A stretch of DNA of 32,000 nt from Candidatus Iainarchaeum sp. (lineage in GTDB: Archaea > Iainarchaeota > Iainarchaeia > Iainarchaeales > CSSED10-239): positions 90,001 to 122,000 of the forward strand of contig JAQVTI010000001.1 of the NCBI GenBank assembly GCA_028700115.1, given 5' to 3'. Below the pieces are notes generated by a model that searched no databases, was not told the origin of the DNA, and saw only the letters and a program-made list of their open reading frames with translations. Positions 1 through 9,275 of this stretch are shown in pieces (position 1 is the stretch's first letter; every line of letters starts with the position of its first letter). The translations under genes were made by a program, and so were the position numbers.

Positions 1-31
1 TAAAATATATTATTTGTCTAAAATAAAAAAA

Positions 32-1102
32 TTAAACACTATCTATTCCAAAATCAATATTCCCGTTTTTTAAAGATTCAGAATCTTCTAAATAAGGTAT
101 ATTTGCTCCAGCAATTACAACCATAACTTTTACAGTTTTTTTAGATAAATTATCATCAATCATTGCACCCCAAATAATATGTGCATCATCAGAAATTTTA
201 GATGCAACTGTTTCAACAATCATTTCTGCTTCTTTTAATGTTAAATCATTTCCACCTAAAACATTTACAAGTGCTTTTTTAGATGTAGATATATCTATAT
301 CTAATAATGGAGAAGTAAGTGCATTTTCTACAGCTTCCATAGCTCTAACATCATTACCTTTATCTAAAGAACTTTCCCCAACACCAATCATTGCCATTCC
401 ACCTTTTGAAAGTATGGTTCTTAGATCTGCAAAGTCTAAATTAATTATTCCAGCTTTTGTTATAAGTTCTATAATTCCTTTAACTGCTTCTGTTAAAATT
501 TTATCAACTTCTTGAAAAGCTACATTTAAAGGTAAATCTGGTGCAATTTCTAAAATTTTATCATTTGGAATTATTATTAATGTATCTACTTCTTTTTTTA
601 ATTTTTCAAGACCAGACAATGCATTTTCAATTCTTTTTTTACCTTCAACAGCAAAAGGTAAAGTCCCAACCCCAATTGTTAAAGCACCCACAGCTCTTGC
701 TTCTCTTGCAATAACAGGTGCAGCTCCAGTACCTGTTCCTCCTCCAAGTCCACAAGTTACAAAAACCATATCTACATTTTTACAAATATTTTGAATATCT
801 TCTTTTGATTCTTCAGCAGCAGCTTCTCCAACATCAGGATTAGAACCAGCTCCAAGTCCTCTTGTACTTTTTTTCCCAATTAATATTTTTTTATCTGCTT
901 TTGCTTTAATTAAAGCTTGAGCATCTGTATTTAATGCTATTGTTTGTGCACCTTCAACACCAACAGCATTCATTCTTTCTAAAGTATTATTCCCAGAACC
1001 CCCCACTCCAAAAACAAATATTTTTGGAAGAGATGCCTGTAAAAATTCTTCAAGTTCTTTATCTTCATTTTTGTAATTATTTTTAGAGTCCAAAAATTCC
1101 AC
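32..1102 (-). CDS. ftsZ: Cell division GTPase FtsZ
   Basis: Translation carries tubulin/FtsZ signatures [13 protein letters not shown] and [13 protein letters not shown]. The ORF-track start at 1102 is a GTG that lies inside a GAGGTG SD-like motif (1100-1105). A TTG at 1093, 6 nt after that motif, is an alternative start. Confidence 0.95.
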   Translation of the reverse strand: MEFLDSKNNYKNEDKELEEFLQASLPKIFVFGVGGSGNNTLERMNAVGVEGAQTIALNTDAQALIKAKADKKILIGKKSTRGLGAGSNPDVGEAAAEESKEDIQNICKNVDMVFVTCGLGGGTGTGAAPVIAREARAVGALTIGVGTLPFAVEGKKRIENALSGLEKLKKEVDTLIIIPNDKILEIAPDLPLNVAFQEVDKILTEAVKGIIELITKAGIINLDFADLRTILSKGGMAMIGVGESSLDKGNDVRAMEAVENALTSPLLDIDISTSKKALVNVLGGNDLTLKEAEMIVETVASKISDDAHIIWGAMIDDNLSKKTVKVMVVIAGANIPYLEDSESLKNGNIDFGIDSV

Positions 1103-1230
1103 CTCAAATATAAAAGTTATAAATATAATATATAATAAATATATATAAAAAGAAGTTTATATAAATAAATAAGTTAAGAAACCTTTAAATAGGAATCTAT
1201 TAACCATAAATTTATTAAAAAGGTGTTAAA

Positions 1231-2133
1231 ATGATAGATAAAGATGTTAAAAAAATTGCTTTAGATATAAAATCAATAAAAATACAAGGTGCAAGTAATA
1301 TTGAAAAAGAAGCAATAAAAATTATTTTAAAATATATTAAAAAAAAAGAAAATATAAAAGAAACACAAATAATTGAATTAAAAGAAAATATAAATCTATT
1401 AATTAATCAAAGACCAAATGAACCAAAATTAAGAAATGCATTAAATTATATATTATATAAAGCAAATATGTACAAATATGAGAATAATAATAAAAAATTA
1501 ATAAATGATATAGAAAAATATGAAACAAAAATAGAAGAATATAATATTAAAGTTTGTGAAATTGCATCAAATCTAATACAAGACGGCACACAAATATTAA
1601 CACATTGTCATTCAAGTTTAGTTGAAAAAACTTTAAAAATAGCTTATGACAAAAAAATTGATTTTCAAGTAATAACAACAGAAACAAGACCAAGATATCA
1701 AGGTAGAATTACTGCTAAAAATTTATGTGATTATGGAATAAACACAACCCAAATTGTAGACTCTGCAGTAGGGCATTTTCTTAAAAAATGTGATTATTTT
1801 TTAACAGGTTCAGATGTTATTTTTTCAGATGGGACAATCATGAATAAAGTTGGAACATATCCAATTTCTATTATGGCAAATTATTTCAAAACTCCTCATA
1901 TAATAATAACTACAACAAATTGTTGCGAATTAAATGATTTAAAAAATATAAAAGAAGAAATAGAAGAAAGAGATTCTAATGAAATTTGGAATGAAAAAGA
2001 AAGGCCAAAAAATCTAAAAATAAAAAATCCTGCATTTGATATAATCCCAAATGAATTAATAGATAAAATAATTACAGAAAGAGGAGTTTATTCCCCAGAA
2101 AGTTTATATGCTTGGGTAAATAATTTAAAATAA
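1231..2133 (+). CDS. eIF-2B alpha/beta/delta family protein (aIF-2B-like / probable ribose-1,5-bisphosphate isomerase)
   Basis: Family-typical blocks THCHS, TETRPRYQG and GSDVIFSDGTIMNKVGT, at about 300 aa. AGGTG lies 5 nt upstream of the ATG. I cannot separate aIF-2B from R15P isomerase by eye. Confidence 0.7.
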   Translation: MIDKDVKKIALDIKSIKIQGASNIEKEAIKIILKYIKKKENIKETQIIELKENINLLINQRPNEPKLRNALNYILYKANMYKYENNNKKLINDIEKYETKIEEYNIKVCEIASNLIQDGTQILTHCHSSLVEKTLKIAYDKKIDFQVITTETRPRYQGRITAKNLCDYGINTTQIVDSAVGHFLKKCDYFLTGSDVIFSDGTIMNKVGTYPISIMANYFKTPHIIITTTNCCELNDLKNIKEEIEERDSNEIWNEKERPKNLKIKNPAFDIIPNELIDKIITERGVYSPESLYAWVNNLK

Positions 2134-2138
2134 AATTA

Positions 2139-4562
2139 TTAAAAAAATTGATTTAAACCAGTTTGTTTTTTTCCAGTAAGTAAAATATCTTTTGTTATTT
2201 TAAAAACTTCTAAAATAGATAACACTGCTGGAAGTAATTGATGATCTAAATAATAATCATAATCATAAATTGTATTTTTATCTAAAATTTCATACAAAAA
2301 AGCTCTTTGAGAAATTGTTTTCAAATTAGGATTAAAAATTATAATATATTCTACAACATTTTTATTATCTACAACAAACCCTTCTTTTTTTGCATTTTCT
2401 AATGCAGACATTGCAGGGGTAATAGTTTTATAATTAGAAGCTTTTTTATGAACAAAAGAAGAAATAATTAATTCTTCTAAAGGAATATTATGATTTTTTA
2501 AATCTTCAATAGATTTTTTTACAAAAGAAATTGCTTTTTTATAATCTTTATCTTTTAAAATTAATTCTAATACTTTTTTTTGAGTTTTTTTAACAAAAAG
2601 ACACCAATCTCTTCTTACAAATTCAAATCCTTTTATTTTAAATTCATCTTTTTCTTTTTTATATAATGCATATTTTTTTTTCGCAACTTTCATACCATCT
2701 CTAGATAATACAAAAATTCCTCTATCAAATAAATCTTCAAGTTCTAAAGACATTGAAGTTGGAAGATTTAAATTGATATTTTGTAAATCTTCTTTAAATT
2801 TTGGCAAATTATTATATTTTATAAAACAAGAATCTGTGTCAGAATAAATTACAACATAACCCATATTTTCAAAAGATTTTATAGTTTCTTGAATTTTTGT
2901 TCTAACAAGATGATACATTATATTTAAACAATCTTTACAATACCATCTAGCACCAGCAAAACCCATATATCCATATGTAGAGGCTAGAAGAATTTTTAAA
3001 GCATATTGTTTTGCATAAATATTTTTATATTCAATTGAATCTTTTGATATATTTTTTAATTGATTTTTAAGAGGAATTCTAATATTTAATAAATCTTCTA
3101 AAAGTAAAGGTACAAAACCTTTTTGATCTCTACAAATTTTTTGACCAATAATTTCTATAAAATTATTACATTCTTTTACATTTATTGTATCAGGAGATAT
3201 ATTATATGCAATTATAATAGAAATATGATAACTTCTAAAATCCACAACTGCTATATTTTCAGAAATACCTCCAATTGGATCTTTTACAAAAGCACCTGTA
3301 AAAGTATATTTATATCTTTGAGAAATTTCATATGCAGATGGTTTATTTGGAATAATTTTATTTTTAGAAAAATAATATTTTATAAACCATTTTTCAACCA
3401 TATTACCTGAAGAAATATTAAGAACATCTATTAAAGGAATTGTAATTAATTTAGAAATTTCAATAATTATACCTATATAATTTATTCCTAAAAAAGAAGT
3501 TGCAAGACAATCGTCTATATTATAATCTATTATTCTTTTATAATTATTTAAATTATAACAATTAATCATTTCTTTTACTAATAAAACATCTTTTTTTTTA
3601 GAAGTAATAGACTCATAAACAGAAGTTAAATCCATTTTTGAAAAATTAAATATTTGTAGATAATTTAAAAGCCTAATTAAAATATATACATCTATATGTA
3701 AAATACCATCTATAAAAGAATATAATCTAGATTTCTTTAAAAAAGATATTCTTCTAGTTCCAATCATAAGTTCTTTTTTTGTTAAAAATTTATATCTTTT
3801 ATATAAATAATCAAAATCAAAATAAGAACCATTATATGTAAAAATTATGTCTGGATCTTTATTATAAATAAAATCACTTGCATTTTTTATTAAATCAATT
3901 TCATTTTCAAAATAGAAGATATTTTGTAAATTTTTAGTATCTACATTTTTCTTTTTTAAAAAAAAAGAAAAAGAATTATTTAAATTATCTAAAAATGAAA
4001 TTGAAATAATTTTATTTTTATCAAATGTTGGAAAATTTAAATTATCTGATAAAACTTCAATATCTAAACTAAGAGTTGTTAAATCTTCTAAACTTAGATA
4101 AGAATCATCACTTTTTAAAGAAAATATTTTTTTAGAAGAATCTGTTGAAAATATGATTTTTTTAAAGTTTGATAAATTTAAATCTATAAAAAATCTTTCT
4201 AAAAAAGAAATATCATATTCATGTAAACTAAAATTAAAATTTATTTCTAAAGCATGTTTTTGAAGATGAGCTTTTGCTTCTATTAAAAAAGATACATTTT
4301 CAAAAAGTAATTTATAAATATACAAAAAGTTTTCTTTTTTAACTTTTATAATTTCAATAATCCCTTTTAAATTTTTAGAAATAAATAAAATATCTTCATT
4401 AGATAACTCATATTCTGTAGATATATAAAAATAAGGATTAAAAAAAACTATTTTATATTCTTCTTTTTTTAAACCTTCTTTTACACATATAAATAATTCT
4501 AAGTCTTTATAATAAGCATCAAGCAGATATCCACTTTTTAATATTAATTCTGAATTATTCAT
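2139..4562 (-). CDS. polB: Family B DNA polymerase
   Basis: Exo I LSLDIEV, Exo II YNGSYFDFDYL, Exo III YNIDDC, motif A VDFRSYHISIII, motif B KILLASTYGY, motif C YSDTDS, KKKYA, and a C-terminal QTGLNQFF (PIP box). 807 aa. Confidence 0.93.
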   Translation of the reverse strand: MNNSELILKSGYLLDAYYKDLELFICVKEGLKKEEYKIVFFNPYFYISTEYELSNEDILFISKNLKGIIEIIKVKKENFLYIYKLLFENVSFLIEAKAHLQKHALEINFNFSLHEYDISFLERFFIDLNLSNFKKIIFSTDSSKKIFSLKSDDSYLSLEDLTTLSLDIEVLSDNLNFPTFDKNKIISISFLDNLNNSFSFFLKKKNVDTKNLQNIFYFENEIDLIKNASDFIYNKDPDIIFTYNGSYFDFDYLYKRYKFLTKKELMIGTRRISFLKKSRLYSFIDGILHIDVYILIRLLNYLQIFNFSKMDLTSVYESITSKKKDVLLVKEMINCYNLNNYKRIIDYNIDDCLATSFLGINYIGIIIEISKLITIPLIDVLNISSGNMVEKWFIKYYFSKNKIIPNKPSAYEISQRYKYTFTGAFVKDPIGGISENIAVVDFRSYHISIIIAYNISPDTINVKECNNFIEIIGQKICRDQKGFVPLLLEDLLNIRIPLKNQLKNISKDSIEYKNIYAKQYALKILLASTYGYMGFAGARWYCKDCLNIMYHLVRTKIQETIKSFENMGYVVIYSDTDSCFIKYNNLPKFKEDLQNINLNLPTSMSLELEDLFDRGIFVLSRDGMKVAKKKYALYKKEKDEFKIKGFEFVRRDWCLFVKKTQKKVLELILKDKDYKKAISFVKKSIEDLKNHNIPLEELIISSFVHKKASNYKTITPAMSALENAKKEGFVVDNKNVVEYIIIFNPNLKTISQRAFLYEILDKNTIYDYDYYLDHQLLPAVLSILEVFKITKDILLTGKKQTGLNQFF

Positions 4563-4595
4563 ATAAATATATAATATATAAAAACATTAATATAG

Positions 4596-4642
4596 TAAAT
4601 CTAAAAATAAATCTAAAAAATAAATCTAGAAAACTAGATTTA
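4596..4642. repeat. TAAATCTA x3 direct repeats (12-13 bp period) plus one inverted copy, forming a 9-bp stem / 4-nt loop hairpin
   Basis: Read directly: taaatctaaaaa (4596), taaatctaaaaaa (4608), taaatctagaaaa (4621), ctagattta (4634-4642). The hairpin encloses the TAG stop at 4626-4628. The block lies 35-80 nt upstream of the polB ATG. Confidence 0.6.
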
Positions 4643-5282
4643 TAAGATATAAAACTACAAAAACTACAATTGTAAGAATTATATTTATTTCAATATTTTT
4701 ATATTTAAACATATTTCTTACAAGATGATAAATTAATGCAATTAAATAATAAATTAAAAATACTCCAATAATAAATAACAAAATAAAAGAAATTATTGTT
4801 CCAAATCCAGATAAACTTAAAGCAGTAGAACTATATGCATTTAAAGGATTAACAATAACTGATTTTAAAAAAGTAATTAAATTTGGAGAAAAAATTACAA
4901 CTACTAAAAAACTTAAAAGAGTAGAAATAATATGAATAATTTTAAAAGATGCAAGCCCTGAAAGTATTTTTTTTAAGGAATTTTTTTCAACATTATTTTT
5001 TCCTTTTATTAAATATAATAAAACAAATAAAATAACACCTGTAATTAACCAATTAAAAACTAAATTATCTAATAACTGTAATAAAAAATATTTAATAGAA
5101 GAAATACCATAAACCATAAAAATAATACTTTCTATCAACACAGATATAATAATTACAACTATTGCAGTTTTTAAACTAACAGATTCATAAAATTTATTCA
5201 TTAAACATTTTGGAGAAAGTCTTGTTGGTTCTCTAAAATCATTTACTAAACTTTTTTTCTTTTTAACCATTTTTAATCCCAT
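4626..5282 (-). CDS. Multi-pass membrane protein (about 5 TM helices, possibly Yip1-type), function unknown
   Basis: A basic N-terminus (MGLKMVKKKKS) is followed by five long hydrophobic segments. No catalytic motif recognised. Confidence 0.5.
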   Translation of the reverse strand: MGLKMVKKKKSLVNDFREPTRLSPKCLMNKFYESVSLKTAIVVIIISVLIESIIFMVYGISSIKYFLLQLLDNLVFNWLITGVILFVLLYLIKGKNNVEKNSLKKILSGLASFKIIHIISTLLSFLVVVIFSPNLITFLKSVIVNPLNAYSSTALSLSGFGTIISFILLFIIGVFLIYYLIALIYHLVRNMFKYKNIEINIILTIVVFVVLYLINLVF

Positions 5283-5534
5283 TTATAATCAAATAAATAT
5301 TCTTAATATTATAAAAAAATATTAAATTTATTAAATAATATATTTTTTATATATTTATTATAAAACATAAGGTTTATTTATGTTTCTATAAAATAAAATT
5401 TTTAAAAAAAAACAATTAATATTTAAAAATATATAAAAACAACATATAGATAGGTTTTTAATAAGTATTTATAATAATTATTTATAAATAGCTATTTTTT
5501 AGTAGAAATTTAAACTTAAAACAAAGGTGAAAAA

Positions 5535-5936
5535 ATGTCAGAAGTAGAATTTAAATTTGGACAAGCAGGACAATTAAAAATCGGTGGATTTGTAATTATT
5601 GATGATGTTGTATGTAAAATAGACACAGTAGATAAATCAAAACCAGGAAAACATGGAGCTGCAAAAATAAGAATTACTGCAACAGGTGTATTTAATGGTA
5701 AAAAAATGAATTTATTAAAACCAGGAGATGCAGATGTAAAAATTCCTGTATTAGAAAAAGGAAATGCACAAATTATTGCCGATTTAGGAGAAAAATATCA
5801 AATAATGGATGCAAACAATTATCAAACATATGAAGTTGATAAAAGAGATTTTAAAGATTTAAATGCAGGAGATAATGTTGAATATACAAAATCAGGGATT
5901 TTAGTTAAAATTGTAAGAAAAAAGGCAGATAATTAA
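5535..5936 (+). CDS. eif5a: Translation initiation factor 5A (aIF5A)
   Basis: Hypusine-loop motif SKPGKHGAAK, 133 aa. AGGTGA SD at 5525-5530, 4 nt before the ATG. Confidence 0.93.
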   Translation: MSEVEFKFGQAGQLKIGGFVIIDDVVCKIDTVDKSKPGKHGAAKIRITATGVFNGKKMNLLKPGDADVKIPVLEKGNAQIIADLGEKYQIMDANNYQTYEVDKRDFKDLNAGDNVEYTKSGILVKIVRKKADN

Positions 5937-5949
5937 TTTTTGCCTTTTT
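5919..5949. terminator. Bidirectional hairpin with flanking A/T runs between convergent eif5a and metG
   Basis: AAAAAGGCA (5919-5927) pairs with TGCCTTTTT (5941-5949). The 13-nt loop contains the eif5a TAA stop. U-runs follow the hairpin on both strands. Confidence 0.45.
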
Positions 5950-5987
5950 AAATTAATTTTAATATTTAAAATAAACTTTTTAAAAAA

Positions 5988-7502
5988 TTAATTATCTATT
6001 TTCTCAAAAAGATGATTTCCTTTTATAATTTTCTTTTTAGAACAAATATTAGTAAATTCTAATTTTAAATTAGCTTTGTTTTCAAAATCAATCCCTAATT
6101 GATATAAAATTTTTTTCCAAGAATTTGTTAAAATAGGAGATAATTCAACTGCTATTATTCTAATTGTTTCTAAAAGAACATAAATTACTTTATCAAATTC
6201 GTCTACATTTTCTTTTAATAAAACCCAAGGCTCTTTATCTTGAACATATTTATTAGCAATAGAAGAAAGTGTAAATATTTCTGAAACAACTTTTGTAAGT
6301 TCTTTTGATTGATATAAAGAATGTATTAACTCTATTTTTTGTTCTACAATTTTTACAAATATTTCATCTTTATAAAATTCAAATCCTTCTTCTTTATTTC
6401 TTTTAATAGCAAGAGATGTTACTCTTGAAACTAAATTACCTATATTTGCAACAAGATCAGTATTAATTCTATCTATAAAATTAGATTTATAAAAAGAACC
6501 ATCTTCTCCAAAAGAAATTTCTCTTAAAACATAATATCTAAAAGCATCTACACCATATTTATCAATATAATCTTGAACATAAACTACATTCCCAAAAGAC
6601 TTAGACATCTTTTTACCTTCACTAGTCCACCATCCATGCGCAAATTCTATTTTAGGGATTTCTAAATCAACAGATTTTAGAAAAATTGGCCAATAAACTG
6701 TATGAAATCTATATATTTCTTTTCCCATAAGTTGAAAATCTACAGGCCAATATTTTTTAAAGTTATCTGAATCTGGATATCCTAAAGCACTAACATAATT
6801 AAATAATGCATCCAACCAAACATAAATTGTAAAATTATTATCAAAAGGTAATTTAATCCCCCAAGTCACATTTTTTCTAGAAATACATAAATCATCTAAT
6901 CCATTTTTAACAAAATTTATAATTTCATTTTTTCTTTTGTCTGGTTTTAAAAAAGAAGGATTTTTATTATAAAAATCTAATAAAAAATCTTGATATTTAT
7001 TTAATTTAAAAAAATAGGCTTCTTCTTTTTCTAAAAAAACATCATGTCCTTCTGGACATTTATTATTAATAATATCTTTATCTGTATAAAATGCTTCACA
7101 AGATTTACAATAATAACCTTCATAAAAACCTTTATAAATATCTCCTTTATTTTTCATAATATTAATAATTTTAGTTACAGTATCTATATGATTTTTATCT
7201 GTAGTTCTAATAAAATAATCATAAGAAATATTTAATTCTTTCCAAAGGGATTTAACATTAATATATATGTCTTCTAAAAAAGATTCAATAGACATATTTT
7301 TTTCTAAAGCAGCATGCTGTATTTTTAAACCATGCTCATCTGTTCCTGTTAGAAAAAAAACATCTGATCCTAAAAGTCTATAATATCTTGCAAAACAATC
7401 TGCAACTATAGTTGTATATGCATGACCAAGATGTAATTTCCCATTTAAATAATAAATAGGTGTTGTTATATAAAATTTTTTAGGAATATCTAATTTAATC
7501 AT
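5988..7502 (-). CDS. metG: Methionyl-tRNA synthetase (short form, no C-terminal appended domain)
   Basis: Class I motifs HLGH (TTPIYYLNGKLHLGHAYT) and KMSKS (GKKMSKSFGN). One Cys knuckle, CKSC...CPEGH. Confidence 0.93.
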   Translation of the reverse strand: MIKLDIPKKFYITTPIYYLNGKLHLGHAYTTIVADCFARYYRLLGSDVFFLTGTDEHGLKIQHAALEKNMSIESFLEDIYINVKSLWKELNISYDYFIRTTDKNHIDTVTKIINIMKNKGDIYKGFYEGYYCKSCEAFYTDKDIINNKCPEGHDVFLEKEEAYFFKLNKYQDFLLDFYNKNPSFLKPDKRKNEIINFVKNGLDDLCISRKNVTWGIKLPFDNNFTIYVWLDALFNYVSALGYPDSDNFKKYWPVDFQLMGKEIYRFHTVYWPIFLKSVDLEIPKIEFAHGWWTSEGKKMSKSFGNVVYVQDYIDKYGVDAFRYYVLREISFGEDGSFYKSNFIDRINTDLVANIGNLVSRVTSLAIKRNKEEGFEFYKDEIFVKIVEQKIELIHSLYQSKELTKVVSEIFTLSSIANKYVQDKEPWVLLKENVDEFDKVIYVLLETIRIIAVELSPILTNSWKKILYQLGIDFENKANLKLEFTNICSKKKIIKGNHLFEKIDN

Positions 7503-7600
7503 TTTATTTCACATCCTATAAATATTTAAAATAAAACAATTTAAAAAATAGTTTTATTTTAAAAAAATCAAAAAAAAGGTATAATTTTTTTTTAAAAAAA

Positions 7601-9250
7601 TTATATAAATATTTCAAATCCACAAACAGGATTAGTATAATTATTATTAATTAAAACATCTGGTAAAAATTCACCAATAAAACCAACAATTTTATCATCA
7701 ATAATAACTTCTGCACTTCTTCCAGAAATAAAAAATTCTAAATCTTTTTTTCTAAGTTCTAATTTCTTTCCTAAAATATTACACAAACTATATAAAACAC
7801 TAGAAATTTCCGTAAAAGAAATAATATTATTTGCAATAACTGCTGATAATTTTAAAACAGTTTTAGAAAGTATATCACTTTTATTATCTGAAATTACAAC
7901 ATAATCACAAACAAATATTTTTTGTGGAAAAAACTTATGTTGATTATTTATTAAAATTTTAAATAATTTAGGGATATACCAACTATTTATTATATTTAAA
8001 GAATTTTCTGCACTAAAACCTAAACTAATATAATCAGTTTTATTTAGATTAAAATTTTCAAAAGACTCTTTTTTAGAACCTAAAATTAAAGGCATAACTT
8101 CAATAAAACCCATAGTAGTCATAATTCTAATTATATCTTCTTGTAAAATACTTTCATCTAATCTTTCAGAGATACTTACTACTTTTGCATTTGTAGGAAT
8201 TATTTTTGAAAATGTATATGCTCTTGCAATATCATCACAAAGATCATTTATATGCAAAACATCTGTTCTAAAACCAATTATAATAACTTCTATTTTTTTA
8301 TTATCTATAATTTTACAATCATACATCATTTTTTCTAAAAAAAATTTCATTTTTTCTACAGAAATATCAATTCCTATTAAATTTTTAACATCATCTACAG
8401 AAATAACCATTTTATTAAAATCATTATTTGGAGATAAAATAGTATTGTCAGGATATTTTATTTCTAAAGAATATATTTCTCCACCCATATCTGAAAATAA
8501 AGCTGTAAAGATATTTATTACATGATTTAATTTATGCAAACTTTTACCTGTACATTCTATAAAAAGATCTTTTGTATTAAAATCTACTTTACCAGTATCT
8601 TTTGAATTAATAATTGGAGGCATAGATAAAAATTTATTATTAGAATCTAAAAAACAAAGATATTTATCTTTCCCTTCTAAAAGAGAATTATATGTAATTC
8701 CTGCTGGATGTTTTTTAATAATTTCAAAACCATCAAGTTCTTTATCAAAACCAAGTGGGGTAAATTTTATTTCTTTAGGATTAAGCGCACAAAAAGTGAT
8801 AGGAAATTGAATTTTATCTAAAGGATACACCCCTATAGCAACAGTTTTTCTTTTTCTACCATATGTTAAATGAATTTTTTCTTGTATATTTATAATTTCT
8901 TTAATTTTTGAATCATCTAAAGATAATTTCTTAACAACTAGACAAAGTGTGTAATTTCCATAATCTCTTGCAGATTGTAAAACATTTACAACCAAATTAC
9001 TTTTTTTAATATTTGGAAAAGTATATTTTTCAACATTAATATATGATTTTAATGCTCTTAAAAGACCATAATATGATAAAAGATCTGTTCTTTCAGCAGT
9101 AATTTCTATTTTTAAAATATCTTCTAAAGAATTATAAGAATCTATTTCTAAACCAAAATCAAAAAGAATTTCTTCAAGTAAAGAAATTGTTAAATCTTTT
9201 ATATTTAAATCATTTTTTAATTTTTCAAAACTAATATCTATTGTAGCCAT
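7601..9250 (-). CDS. pheT: Phenylalanyl-tRNA synthetase beta subunit (archaeal type)
   Basis: The N-terminal block EITAERTDLLSYYGLLRALK resembles archaeal PheT. 549 aa, located 25 nt downstream of pheS on the same strand. Confidence 0.85.
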   Translation of the reverse strand: MATIDISFEKLKNDLNIKDLTISLLEEILFDFGLEIDSYNSLEDILKIEITAERTDLLSYYGLLRALKSYINVEKYTFPNIKKSNLVVNVLQSARDYGNYTLCLVVKKLSLDDSKIKEIINIQEKIHLTYGRKRKTVAIGVYPLDKIQFPITFCALNPKEIKFTPLGFDKELDGFEIIKKHPAGITYNSLLEGKDKYLCFLDSNNKFLSMPPIINSKDTGKVDFNTKDLFIECTGKSLHKLNHVINIFTALFSDMGGEIYSLEIKYPDNTILSPNNDFNKMVISVDDVKNLIGIDISVEKMKFFLEKMMYDCKIIDNKKIEVIIIGFRTDVLHINDLCDDIARAYTFSKIIPTNAKVVSISERLDESILQEDIIRIMTTMGFIEVMPLILGSKKESFENFNLNKTDYISLGFSAENSLNIINSWYIPKLFKILINNQHKFFPQKIFVCDYVVISDNKSDILSKTVLKLSAVIANNIISFTEISSVLYSLCNILGKKLELRKKDLEFFISGRSAEVIIDDKIVGFIGEFLPDVLINNNYTNPVCGFEIFI

Positions 9251-9275
9251 AATATTTCCTTATTTTAATAAATTA

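Noticed and set aside
3123-3410. 95-aa plus-strand ORF inside polB, and similar antisense ORFs at 7044-7235, 14605-14823, 14820-15020, 15790-16008, 18289-18522 and 31710-31901
   Set aside because: All lie fully inside, and antisense to, conserved genes (polB, metG, lonB, pcn, ABCE1, rrp4). All have F/I/N/Y-rich nonsense-like translations.
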